Both the position numbers and the translations under genes were made by a program. Below are positions 17,124-26,740 of a stretch of DNA of 29,182 bases, piece after piece. This DNA is from a virus (taxonomy: Duplodnaviria; Caudoviricetes), in IMG/VR virus record IMGVR_UViG_3300048576_000406, positions 1 through 29,182 of that record; one strand, written 5' to 3'. The notes under the pieces were generated by a model. The model worked only from the letters and a program-made list of their open reading frames with translations. It had not been told where the DNA came from and did not search any database. The first letter of the stretch is position 1, and every line of letters begins with the position of its first letter.

Positions 17124-20100
17124 ATGCCGGACTACATCGGCAACGTCGTCGTGCCGGACATCGTGCCGGCCGGCGTGTTCCCGCTCGTGCCGGACTTCCC
17201 GCACGGTCACTCCCGCGCGCGCGAGGTCGCAATCCATCAGTTCGGGTCGGGCAACGCCAAGGTCGAGCAGCGGTTCCTGCTCGGCACGGGCGCGCGGCGC
17301 TTCACCATCCGCAAGAACTGGCTGCGCGATGCCGATCGCATTGCATTGCGGAACTTCTGGGAGTCGAAGTACGGGCCCTACGGTGCCTTCACCTACAACG
17401 CGCCCAACGATGACGGCGGCGGTACCACGCCGGCCACCTGCCGCTTCACCAACGAGCCGTTGTCCTGGGAAATGGTCGCCGACTGGGCATGCTCGCTCGG
17501 CGTAACGCTGATCGAGGTTCCCACGACCTCGCCCTCCTACTCGCTCACACAGACCGTCAACCGCTTTCCGCCGTCCGCGCTCCAGACCGCGCTCCTCTCC
17601 CAGGTCCAGGAGATCATCCCGCTGGTCCGCATCCAGCCGCTCCAGTCCGGCTACCCGGCCATCCACGTTTCCGACCGGCGTTGCACCATCGGTGGGCAGC
17701 TCTACCAGGCACGCCTGTTGGAATTCGATGGCATCTCGCAGTCCATCGGCAATGAGTCGGACGAAGCGCAGTTCACCTTCGGCAACGCTGACCGCGCGAT
17801 GCGGGACCTGACCAACGACGTGGATCTGTTCCGGGCTGCACTGGAATTCTCGCTGTTCCACGTCGGCACCGGCACGAAACTCGATCTCTGGAAGGGCGAC
17901 ATCGTCAACTGGTCTTGCGATGCCGGGCCAGAGTTCAAGGTCACTGCGGCCGACGGCCTCTACGAACTGAACCTCCCATACCCGACCCGCAAGATCTCAC
18001 GCACCTGCTGGAAACCGTTCAGCTCGCAGGCCTGCCCGTACGCCAGCGCCGGCGCGCTCGACCTGGTCCACTTTCCGACCGCCGACGCCTCGAAGTGCGA
18101 CAAGGGCTACGAAACCGAAAACGGCTGTCTCGCGCACGGGATGAAGCGCTACTACGGAGGCATCCTCGCCGAGCCGCAGGGTGTGCGTATCAAGGACAAC
18201 TCCACCGGTGTTTGGGGCTTCGGCCGCTCCACGATTACGAGCGTCTCGCTGGTCGCTGACTCGATCTACGACCAGATCGTGCCCGAGATCTACACCGACA
18301 GCGAGATGCCGGTGAACTGCAAGGTCGCCGCCGGACGAGACGAGAGCGATTTCTACGAGGGTCTGGGCATTGTCGGCGAAGGGCCGCTCGGGTCATACAC
18401 GCCCGCTCACTATGAAGACCTCGACAACGACGGCACCGCCGAGACGTTCGTCGGCAGTACGCTCGACGGTCAGGCGCATCACGGATACCCGAACAACAAC
18501 TACGGTCTGCGCCAGTGCCTCGGCGCAGATCCCGCCGCACCAACCGACTTCTTCTCCCTCGACCAGTCCGGCAACACCACCGGCGGCGACTGGCGCAAGG
18601 TCTACTCCGGCAACTCCACCTACAAGGACAACTTCGCCGCCGGGACCGCGTTTATCGTGATCCGGCGCAGCGACGCCAAGGGGCTGCAACTGTCGAAGCC
18701 AGGCGATCACGCGATGGTCGCCAATGTCCAGGCAGGCATGAGCGGCTGGGTGTGGACCTCGCCCGGCGTCCGCGTCTACGGTCCGCCGCTCACCAATCCG
18801 GTCTGGGTCGCGATCAACATGCTGCTCCGGGCGCGCGGCCTGCGTTTGGGTTCCAACGCCACCACACAGCAACTGGACTTGGCCGAGTCACTGTTCGACG
18901 TGCAGACGGCCATCGATGCGGCAGCGATCTGCAATGACCAAGTCACCAAACTAGTCGGCACCGGCAGCGAGACGCAGTTCAAGTTCCGCGGCGTGCTCCA
19001 GGAAGAGAAGCCGCTCCGTGACTGGCTCCAGGAAGTCCTGATGAACTGCCTGGGCTACTACACGTTCGCTTTCGGCAAGCTCAAAATCGGCGTCCGGGAG
19101 AACTCGTCGGCGGTGGAGGCCTTCACGCAGGGCAACATCCTCTTCAACTCCTTGCAACTGGCTCCGCTGAAGCCGTCCTTCAACCACCTCACCGCCAACT
19201 TCGCCGACGAGGATTACCAGTTCATCAACAACTCCGTCAGCCTGTACGACATCGATCACGCAACGCTGATCGGTGGCGGCGCCGGTCCGCTGTTCCTCAA
19301 GTCGAACGTAAACCTGTCCGGGACCGCGTCCAAATCGCAGGCTGCGCGCGTTGTGAGCGTACGCCTTCGCGAGGAACTGGGCGGCACATCGGCGGCGGAA
19401 TGGAGGGCGGCGCGGCAGTTGTCGTTCCGGACCACCGTGCTCGCCCTCAACACCGAGCCCGGCATGGTTTGCTCCATGACCCATCCGGACATGCCCAACG
19501 GCTCCGGCGAGTTCCGCGTCACCTCCTGGCGGCTCAACAAGGACTATTCGATCGACATCCAGGGCCGCACCACGACGGACTCCATGTACGATCTGGTCGC
19601 CGGGCCGAAGCCTGCCGATGTCGTTGCTGCCCCGGTGCCTGAGGAGGTCCTGATCGACACCGGCGTGCCGGGGATCGTTCATGGAACACCCAAACTCCTG
19701 GACTACGGATCGTTCGCAGTCGATGATCTCGCGGTAGAGCCAGACGCCGCGGGCAACCTGAACATCACGGGCGCAACCGAGATCGCCATGGGCCTCTACT
19801 ACGTGGACGAACTCGCCACGGACCTGTGGGCCAGTCTCGACACCGCAATCGACAAGGACACCGATCCTGTGACCGTTTCCTGCACCGTGAACCCGGACAC
19901 GGCGCGCACCTTCCACGTCGGCGACTACATCGTCTTCAACAACGAGGCTGTTGACGCGGTCCACTCCGGCCGCCGGTCCTACGAGTGTGCACAGATCATC
20001 GGCCCGGGCGACATCGGCGACGTGGTCCCATCCGGATCCTTCCAGATCCAGCGGCGGCCTGTCGGCGACGCGCGCGAAGACTGGGCCTCGTTCGAGACGC

Positions 20101-20981
20101 TGCGATGCGCCCATCTGAAGGGGATCCGGTTCTACCAGCTCGACATGAAGATGTTCACCATGGCCGTGAAGAAGGGGTTTTTCCGTATGCCCGGCCTGCC
20201 CGCGCGCATCGAGGCGAAGCTCCCGTCGGCCTGCATCGTGGCCGCAGTCGTCGGAGTGGCGAATCACTTCGGCTACGGTCCATTTACCGTCTTTCCGCTC
20301 TCCCACCACAACGAGCCGTTCATGCCTGGCGAACGCACGTGCTCCGGCGGCGCATACACGTTCCAGATTCCGGGCGCCCTCGCGGCCCAGGACGAGGTGG
20401 CGATCCCGATGAAGGTTCACGATCCGGCCTCGCTCCGGTGCGTGTTCGCCTACGTGCAGCAGCCAACCACTGACGGGCAGTCCGCCTATGTCGTGAAGAT
20501 CAGCCAAGAGGGCGGCGCGACCTGGGAAGTGCTGGAGAAAATGGGCATCGCGCAGAAACTGCCGGACGGCTACAAGACCACCTACGATTACCTCGTCGAC
20601 GCCGGTTATGGTCCGCCAGAGACGCGCCGTCTGCCGTATGCCGATTACGGGCTGTTCAGCCTCAACGCCATCACGGGAAGCGGCTCAGTCCAGACCATTG
20701 CGACCGCGTCCTACGATGCCTCGACCACGGGGCTCGAGGTGGGCCGGTTCGTATTCCTGGAGTTCGGGACCGAGAACGAGGAGTGTGTCGAAGTCCTCGC
20801 GGTCGATCCAGAGGCGCAGACTTTCGATGCCGTGGTGACGAAGGACCACCCTGCCTGTTCGATCCGCCCCTGCATCTGGCCGACGCCGGTACTGCACGAA
20901 GGGAACGACCTTACCTTCGACATCAAGGTCGTGGCATCCCCCAATCCTGGCTCAGATCTGACCGTGGTGATCCAAACGTAG
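17124..20981 (+). CDS. Multidomain tail tip/hub protein (Dit-like + gpL-like + gpJ-like), 1285 aa
   Basis: GAGGAG RBS; N-terminal repeat of the Dit motif; Cys cluster RTCWKPF..CPY..KCDK..GC; gpJ-like TNPVW and FNHLTANF..EDYQF; C-terminal SDLTVVIQ. Confidence 0.82.
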   Translation: MPDYIGNVVVPDIVPAGVFPLVPDFPHGHSRAREVAIHQFGSGNAKVEQRFLLGTGARRFTIRKNWLRDADRIALRNFWESKYGPYGAFTYNAPNDDGGGTTPATCRFTNEPLSWEMVADWACSLGVTLIEVPTTSPSYSLTQTVNRFPPSALQTALLSQVQEIIPLVRIQPLQSGYPAIHVSDRRCTIGGQLYQARLLEFDGISQSIGNESDEAQFTFGNADRAMRDLTNDVDLFRAALEFSLFHVGTGTKLDLWKGDIVNWSCDAGPEFKVTAADGLYELNLPYPTRKISRTCWKPFSSQACPYASAGALDLVHFPTADASKCDKGYETENGCLAHGMKRYYGGILAEPQGVRIKDNSTGVWGFGRSTITSVSLVADSIYDQIVPEIYTDSEMPVNCKVAAGRDESDFYEGLGIVGEGPLGSYTPAHYEDLDNDGTAETFVGSTLDGQAHHGYPNNNYGLRQCLGADPAAPTDFFSLDQSGNTTGGDWRKVYSGNSTYKDNFAAGTAFIVIRRSDAKGLQLSKPGDHAMVANVQAGMSGWVWTSPGVRVYGPPLTNPVWVAINMLLRARGLRLGSNATTQQLDLAESLFDVQTAIDAAAICNDQVTKLVGTGSETQFKFRGVLQEEKPLRDWLQEVLMNCLGYYTFAFGKLKIGVRENSSAVEAFTQGNILFNSLQLAPLKPSFNHLTANFADEDYQFINNSVSLYDIDHATLIGGGAGPLFLKSNVNLSGTASKSQAARVVSVRLREELGGTSAAEWRAARQLSFRTTVLALNTEPGMVCSMTHPDMPNGSGEFRVTSWRLNKDYSIDIQGRTTTDSMYDLVAGPKPADVVAAPVPEEVLIDTGVPGIVHGTPKLLDYGSFAVDDLAVEPDAAGNLNITGATEIAMGLYYVDELATDLWASLDTAIDKDTDPVTVSCTVNPDTARTFHVGDYIVFNNEAVDAVHSGRRSYECAQIIGPGDIGDVVPSGSFQIQRRPVGDAREDWASFETLRCAHLKGIRFYQLDMKMFTMAVKKGFFRMPGLPARIEAKLPSACIVAAVVGVANHFGYGPFTVFPLSHHNEPFMPGERTCSGGAYTFQIPGALAAQDEVAIPMKVHDPASLRCVFAYVQQPTTDGQSAYVVKISQEGGATWEVLEKMGIAQKLPDGYKTTYDYLVDAGYGPPETRRLPYADYGLFSLNAITGSGSVQTIATASYDASTTGLEVGRFVFLEFGTENEECVEVLAVDPEAQTFDAVVTKDHPACSIRPCIWPTPVLHEGNDLTFDIKVVASPNPGSDLTVVIQT

Positions 20982-23900
20982 ATGCCCTCCGAACCGCTTC
21001 ACATGTTCGATCCCCGCAGGACTATTCAACTGCAGGGATTCTCCGGCCGCGCCGCCACCACCACGATCCACGACGCCACCGAGACGGGATTTCAGATCTC
21101 CGGCATCTTTCAAGCCGCCGAGGATTTCGCCAACGTCCAACTCTTCAGCGCGTACGACTACTACAACCACCTGCGCCTGAAGCCGCTGCCCGTGACGGAT
21201 CTCTCTGGCGTCACTCTGCAATTCGACATGCAGTTGCTGCCAGTGAACGGCGAGGAGGGAAACGTCCGGCCGGACTGCGTGAAGTACCCGTCGGTCGGCT
21301 GGGACAAGCTGACCATCACCACTGGCAACGGCGACATCTACGAGGTCCCGTTGATGGCGAACTGCTCGGTGCTCTCGGGCGGCTTCATGGCCGCCTCGTT
21401 TCAGGTCGCCCTCGAGGACAAGAAGGCCGAGGACCTGGATGCGCTCGTCGGTGGGATGACGCCAGCGCTCACCGACGCCGCCTACGTCTACTTTTTGGGC
21501 ACGCGATGGTCGTGCACGTCGGCCGAGGCCATCGCGTTCTGCAACCTCGAAACGCGCCTGCTGAACAACATCGGCGCAGTGGACGCGCCTTCGTGCGAGC
21601 AGGCTATCTGGTGGCAGGACGACCCCAACTTCTACCACTACCTGCTGGTCAACGGCGGCGGTGCTGGCATTCAAGAGGCGGGAGCCACGGATGCCGCCGA
21701 CATCGCGTCCCGCCTGGCGTCGATGGTCGGCATCTCCAGCTACCTCGTCGATTGCAGCGCCTCCGGCAACGTCATCACAGTGAGCCTTGAGGCCGGCGTG
21801 AATGGCCCGGTGCGGGTTTCGACCAACAGCGGTTCCGCGCCGGCGACGCTCACGCGCTTCGTGCCGGGCATCTACACGGCGCAAGTCTCTTCGGCGGCTG
21901 AGATCCGTGCAGGCGACTACGTCGGTGTCGACATCGGCACAGCGCACGATGAAGTCGTCAAGGTCATTTCTGCTGGCGGAGGCAGTTTCACGGCGTACTT
22001 TACCAAACCGCATTACGGCAAGCTCTACAACATCATCTGCCGTGTGCTCCCGCGCGCGCGCCACTTCGGCCGGACGCTCCGCGACCGCATTGTCGACCAC
22101 CCACTACCTGACTATGGCGAACAGCCCGCAAGCCTCGCTGTCGCCGGCTTCGGGACGACCAACACGTCGGCGAAGATCAACCTGGGGCTCTCCGGGCCGA
22201 TGGGCCAATGGGGGCGTGAGGCCAACGGCATCCCGGTGCGCCAGTCCGTGAACCCGGAGAACGCAATCGTGGTCCTTGCGGATGGTGTGACGTCGTCGGC
22301 CAGCATGGTCCAGGGCGCGCGCAACCTTCGGACTTACCGCTTCCAATTCCCGTTCGGCTCCTTGGCGGGATACAAAAACGGCGACCGGCAGTCGCTCGTG
22401 GCCGTTCCGGCGACCGACATCGTCAAGGTGCACCTGACCTTCGCTCCACGCTTTGAGGACGTGGAGTTTGGTCTGGCGAATGGCGGGGTGCTGGCGGAGG
22501 CAGTCGCCGCTTCGTCTGCGGGCACGGAGGAGGAATGGCGCCTCACCAACGCCGAGTCGATGTCCGGCGGCACGAAGTACTACGTCGGAAATGCGACCAC
22601 CGAGGAGCGCATCACCTGCCTCGCCAACTTCGGCTTGGTCATGCCGGATCCTGAAGTGCCAAGCACCTGGTATCACCGCATGTTGGTCCGCCGCGGAGAA
22701 GACTCCTCGGTCCCGCAGGCTTGGAACGTCGGAGCGCCCGTTCAGTGGATCTCGACGATCACGGGAACCCGTTCCGATGTGGAGTGGCAGGTCGCGATCT
22801 CGAACATCACGCTCTCCGGGCCCACGACGCTGAAGGTCGGTGGGCCGAACGAGAACGACCGCCCGGAGGAGGGCAAGGGTGCAACCTATGTCGGGTATTG
22901 GGAAGAGGCGTCCTATGTCGCAGGATGGTGGAGCGGCGGTCACGCGAGACGCTGCGCGCCGTCGTCGGCCACCGATCTCCGCCGAGTCACCGTTCGCTAT
23001 CAGCGCGACGCCGTCCACGATCTCTACGTCGGCACCTGGCTCGGCACGAGCGCAGGCAGGATCCAGGTCTCGATTGACGGCGGCGCACCGCAGGTCTTCG
23101 ATCTCTACTTGAACGACTACAACGGTCTCGCCGCGATGAAGAAGATCGGCTCAAACATCGCCGCTGGACCGCACGTCGTCGAGATAACGGCGCTGTTCGA
23201 CAAGAACCCGGCAAGCACCGGCTACTTCTTCTACTACGACTACCTTTGGCCCTTGGTCCCACAGGATGTGCCGGATGCTCCGGAGGTGTACGAGAACATC
23301 TCGCTCGCGATCGACTTCGACACGGACCATGGCTACAAGAAGCCGCCCGCCTGGCACGTCTGGCACCTCGATAGGCTTGGGTTCCGCGGCCACGCCGACG
23401 TCTACATGGGTGTCTTCTGGAACAACAAGCGGCGGCGCGTCGAAGCGACGTACCCGAACTGCGCCGTGAGCCTCGGCGCCTGGCAGCCGGATGAGCCTCT
23501 GTGGATCAACCTGTCGGGGACAACGCTCTATTTCTCGCCGGGCGCGGGGCTCAGCGAAGGCGACGTTGCCGGCCACCTTCGCGCGATGCTCAACGTGACC
23601 TTCCCCGGCGTTTGGTGCACGAGCTCGGCGGGCGGCATCAACATCCGCGCGCGCGCGCCGGGCTACACGTTCTCCATCTCAACGAGCGCGAACCTCTCCG
23701 TCGCTCATGGCACGCCGAGCCTTTCCACGCCGGGCGCCGAAGGCGACTGGGAGATGATCGACACTATCTCGCCGGTGATGACCCAGGGCGCGCGCAACTG
23801 GATTCGCGACCTGGCATCGCAACTCCACCAAGCGGGCATCCCAGCGAGCTTCGCCTTCTCTATGGAGTGCTACCGGCCTCCGACGGCGATGGCCGCGCGC

Positions 23901-24794
23901 TACTGGGACGGCGCGCCCGTGGATCTTCCCGTGCCCTCCACGCAGATGCACTTCGGCTCGCGCGTCCGGGCGTACCTGAAGCAGATGTACAAGGAGTGCG
24001 CCGATCAGCTCGCCGCCGCCGGGCTGCCGATCGTGCTTCAGTTCGGCGAGACGCAGTGGTGGTACTTCCCGAACGACTCCGGGATGCCCTTCTATGACGA
24101 CGGGACGAAGGCCGACTTCTTGGCCCGCTTCGGCCGCCCCATGCACCGCTTCCTCGCCAATACCGACAATCCCGCCAACGATCAGCTGACCGCCGACTTC
24201 CTGCGCGATCGCATCTGGGAGTACTGCTCCGAAGTCATCGACTATGTGCGCCGTTATCATCCGTCCGCCGTCTTCGAGTGCCTCTGGCCGCTCGACGCCA
24301 ATCAGGGCAAGTCCGCGCCGAACGCCGGCTTCCGCCGCCTGAACATGCACGTCAACCTGCCGGACCAGTGGAAGACCTCCAGCTACGGCGTGAAGTACTT
24401 CCGCGCGGAAGGCTTCGATTACGAAGTACGGCAGAAGAGCGCCGTCCTCATGAAGCAGACGATGCGCTTCCCGCAGGGGCTGGGTCGTCCGGGCGATGAG
24501 TGTATGTACCTGGCGGGGATCTTCGGTACGGCTGACCCGCCATATCTCCGGGCCTACTCGATGTGGAAGCAGACCGACATCGGTTCGCTGTGCTTCTGGG
24601 CTTTCGATCAGTTCTGCCTGAACAGCAGGCCGGTGCCGTTGACGGCGCTCACTGGGAGAGTGCCACAGAGCGCGATCTACCACAAGCCGCGGGCGGTGCG
24701 CGCGGAGCCCGTCGTAATCGCCGTGCCGTTCGCCCCGCCTGCAGACGGGGCCCTCAACCGCTTCCCCTGCAACCGCCGAGGACTCAATGGCTAA
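20982..24794 (+). CDS. Large virion protein with C-terminal glycoside-hydrolase-like TIM-barrel region, 1270 aa
   Basis: Aromatic-rich C-terminal half (DFDTDHGY, FSME, LQFGETQWWYF, MPFYDD) resembles TIM-barrel domains of GTA/siphophage tail proteins; preceded by a CBM-like segment (IQVSIDGG..GPHVVEI). Confidence 0.7.
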   Translation: MPSEPLHMFDPRRTIQLQGFSGRAATTTIHDATETGFQISGIFQAAEDFANVQLFSAYDYYNHLRLKPLPVTDLSGVTLQFDMQLLPVNGEEGNVRPDCVKYPSVGWDKLTITTGNGDIYEVPLMANCSVLSGGFMAASFQVALEDKKAEDLDALVGGMTPALTDAAYVYFLGTRWSCTSAEAIAFCNLETRLLNNIGAVDAPSCEQAIWWQDDPNFYHYLLVNGGGAGIQEAGATDAADIASRLASMVGISSYLVDCSASGNVITVSLEAGVNGPVRVSTNSGSAPATLTRFVPGIYTAQVSSAAEIRAGDYVGVDIGTAHDEVVKVISAGGGSFTAYFTKPHYGKLYNIICRVLPRARHFGRTLRDRIVDHPLPDYGEQPASLAVAGFGTTNTSAKINLGLSGPMGQWGREANGIPVRQSVNPENAIVVLADGVTSSASMVQGARNLRTYRFQFPFGSLAGYKNGDRQSLVAVPATDIVKVHLTFAPRFEDVEFGLANGGVLAEAVAASSAGTEEEWRLTNAESMSGGTKYYVGNATTEERITCLANFGLVMPDPEVPSTWYHRMLVRRGEDSSVPQAWNVGAPVQWISTITGTRSDVEWQVAISNITLSGPTTLKVGGPNENDRPEEGKGATYVGYWEEASYVAGWWSGGHARRCAPSSATDLRRVTVRYQRDAVHDLYVGTWLGTSAGRIQVSIDGGAPQVFDLYLNDYNGLAAMKKIGSNIAAGPHVVEITALFDKNPASTGYFFYYDYLWPLVPQDVPDAPEVYENISLAIDFDTDHGYKKPPAWHVWHLDRLGFRGHADVYMGVFWNNKRRRVEATYPNCAVSLGAWQPDEPLWINLSGTTLYFSPGAGLSEGDVAGHLRAMLNVTFPGVWCTSSAGGINIRARAPGYTFSISTSANLSVAHGTPSLSTPGAEGDWEMIDTISPVMTQGARNWIRDLASQLHQAGIPASFAFSMECYRPPTAMAARYWDGAPVDLPVPSTQMHFGSRVRAYLKQMYKECADQLAAAGLPIVLQFGETQWWYFPNDSGMPFYDDGTKADFLARFGRPMHRFLANTDNPANDQLTADFLRDRIWEYCSEVIDYVRRYHPSAVFECLWPLDANQGKSAPNAGFRRLNMHVNLPDQWKTSSYGVKYFRAEGFDYEVRQKSAVLMKQTMRFPQGLGRPGDECMYLAGIFGTADPPYLRAYSMWKQTDIGSLCFWAFDQFCLNSRPVPLTALTGRVPQSAIYHKPRAVRAEPVVIAVPFAPPADGALNRFPCNRRGLNG

Positions 24795-26655
24795 GTTTCC
24801 AACCGCGTTCGACGACGCATCGAGCCTGTTCGCCCCCGTCGATGCCTTCCAGTCGAAGCCGCTCGAGACCACGGCGACCAATGGCATCGGCGCGGGCGAC
24901 TCGACCATCAGCGTCGAATCCACGTCGGTGGGCTTCGCCGACACCTACGGCATCCTCTCAATCGACGACGAACTGATCGTCTATACGGCCAAGACCGCGA
25001 CCCAGTTCACCGGCTGCATCCGCGGCGCCTTCGGGACCGTTGCCGCCGTTCACCAGACCGGCTCCACGGTCCGGGCCAACATGGTCTCCGGCTTCTTGAC
25101 CGCGCTCCAGTCCGCGGTCCTCGCCATCGAGAACGAAATCGGCACGGCGGCCGCGCGCAACTACGTCCGCGCTGCCGGCGACCAGGTCCTGACCGGCAAC
25201 AAGACGTTTCAGGATGGCGCGCAGTTCGGAACCGGGGAGAAGTCCGGCACGGGCCTCGTCCGCCTACCCAACGCCGGCGCGGTGAAGTGGCGGAAGGCCG
25301 ACGACTCAGGTGACCTCGGGGTGGCTCTGAACACACAGAACCATCTCGCCATGGACGCTATCGTAGACTTCGCGCCCGGGCAGACCTTCGGGACGTTCTC
25401 CTACCCGGACGCCGGCTACGCGAGCAAGGGCATCGTGCAGGTCGATCCGGCCGGCGGCCTGGCCGTCGAGTCAGGTGTACTGTCGCTGCCTGCCTCCGGC
25501 GCCTCGCCGGGCACGTATCCGAAGGTCACGGTGGATGCGAAGGGACGCGTTACGGCGGGTGCCAGCCTCGTGGCGGCCGACCTTCCGGGCCACACCCACA
25601 CTGCCACCGACATCGTGAGCGGCGAACTGCCCCACAAAATCCAGCACAACGGCGCCGATGTTGGAACACGCCGTGCCCTCAACCTCATCGAAGGTTCGCG
25701 GGTGACACTCAGCGCGGCCGACGATCCGACCAACGACCGTGTCAGCGTCGTCGTGAACGCCGCACCGCCCGTCGCCGGCGAGATCACGAACGCCCTCGGC
25801 TATGTCCCGGCGGACTTGGCCGGCGACCACTTCACCGGCCCCATCGACTGCGGCCCGCACCAGACCATCGGCGGCCCGCTGGAGAACATGGCGAAGCACT
25901 CCGAGAACTTCGCCGCGGCGGCCTGGGACAAGAACGGCGGCTCATGCACGGTCACCGCGAACGCCATCATCGCCCCGGACGGCAACCAGACTGCCGATGT
26001 GATCACCGCCGTCTCCACGACGCCTGTCATTCAGCAGCAGGTTGCCGGCCTCGCCGACGGCGGCACCCACACCTTCTACGTCTGGGCCCGCGTCCCCTCC
26101 GGTATGCGCAAAGTCTCGCTGGCGATCGTCAACAACGCCTACGCCGTCTACCTGGCCGGGCCCACGCAGGTGACGCTGACGACCTCTTGGCAGCGATTCA
26201 AGATCACCGGCACCCTTGCGAACGGCCAGGCTGGCCTCTGGATCGTGGTCCGCCAATACGCCGGCAACGGCGACGATTGGACCACCGGCGATATCCACCT
26301 CTGGGGCGCCTGCCTACAACAGGGTGAGGATCCACAGGCCGCCTACGCCCGGACCTGGACTTCGCAGACCCCGCACATCGCCTCCGGGATCGCCGCCGGC
26401 CCAACCATCATGGCTGCGCCCGACTCCACCACCTCCCCCCTCAAGATCCACGGCCCCGGCTCCAACCTCTCCGACAGCATCCTCCTCGAACTCACCGCCA
26501 ACGGGGAACTTACCCTCGCGGGCGGCTCTGGCAGCGGCTACCGCTTTGCTGAACTAGTGAATGCCAGCAATCCTTCGGGATGGTCTGGCTTAATCAGAGT
26601 GAAAAACCCCGCCGGAACGACGGCGGGGTACATTCTGCTCTATTCCAACCCGTGA
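24787..26655 (+). CDS. Tail fibre protein (622 aa)
   Basis: GAGGA RBS; IDDELI.YT..RGAFGT.A..H N-terminus, GTYPKVTVDAKGRVTAG fibre repeat, C-terminal carbohydrate-binding-like domain (APDGNQTAD..LTTSWQRF..WGA). Confidence 0.8.
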   Translation: MAKFPTAFDDASSLFAPVDAFQSKPLETTATNGIGAGDSTISVESTSVGFADTYGILSIDDELIVYTAKTATQFTGCIRGAFGTVAAVHQTGSTVRANMVSGFLTALQSAVLAIENEIGTAAARNYVRAAGDQVLTGNKTFQDGAQFGTGEKSGTGLVRLPNAGAVKWRKADDSGDLGVALNTQNHLAMDAIVDFAPGQTFGTFSYPDAGYASKGIVQVDPAGGLAVESGVLSLPASGASPGTYPKVTVDAKGRVTAGASLVAADLPGHTHTATDIVSGELPHKIQHNGADVGTRRALNLIEGSRVTLSAADDPTNDRVSVVVNAAPPVAGEITNALGYVPADLAGDHFTGPIDCGPHQTIGGPLENMAKHSENFAAAAWDKNGGSCTVTANAIIAPDGNQTADVITAVSTTPVIQQQVAGLADGGTHTFYVWARVPSGMRKVSLAIVNNAYAVYLAGPTQVTLTTSWQRFKITGTLANGQAGLWIVVRQYAGNGDDWTTGDIHLWGACLQQGEDPQAAYARTWTSQTPHIASGIAAGPTIMAAPDSTTSPLKIHGPGSNLSDSILLELTANGELTLAGGSGSGYRFAELVNASNPSGWSGLIRVKNPAGTTAGYILLYSNP

Positions 26656-26676
26656 TGGACAGACACCGGATGGGGA

Positions 26677-26697
26677 TTCGGCCGACTGCGGTCCGAA
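26677..26697. terminator. Possible hairpin between the convergent tail fibre and tyrS genes
   Basis: TTCGG-CCG-actg-CGG-t-CCGAA imperfect inverted repeat; no clean U-tract. Confidence 0.3.
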
Positions 26698-26740
26698 CGT
26701 GTAGCTGTTCTTGTATTCCACCCGCCACACGAATTTCAGC

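Larger units (their letters stand above)
1..26655 (+). mobile_element. Lambda-like (pro)phage head/tail morphogenesis region; continues beyond the left edge, right boundary undefined
   Basis: Contiguous, mostly translationally coupled + strand genes in lambdoid order: gpW, portal, protease, decoration, capsid, connectors, tail tube, chaperones, tape measure, tip, fibre. No integrase or att site seen. Confidence 0.95.

Noticed and set aside
24787-26740. Diversity-generating retroelement or invertible tail-fibre cassette
   Set aside because: No reverse transcriptase, invertase, template/variable repeat pair or flanking inverted repeats were seen.
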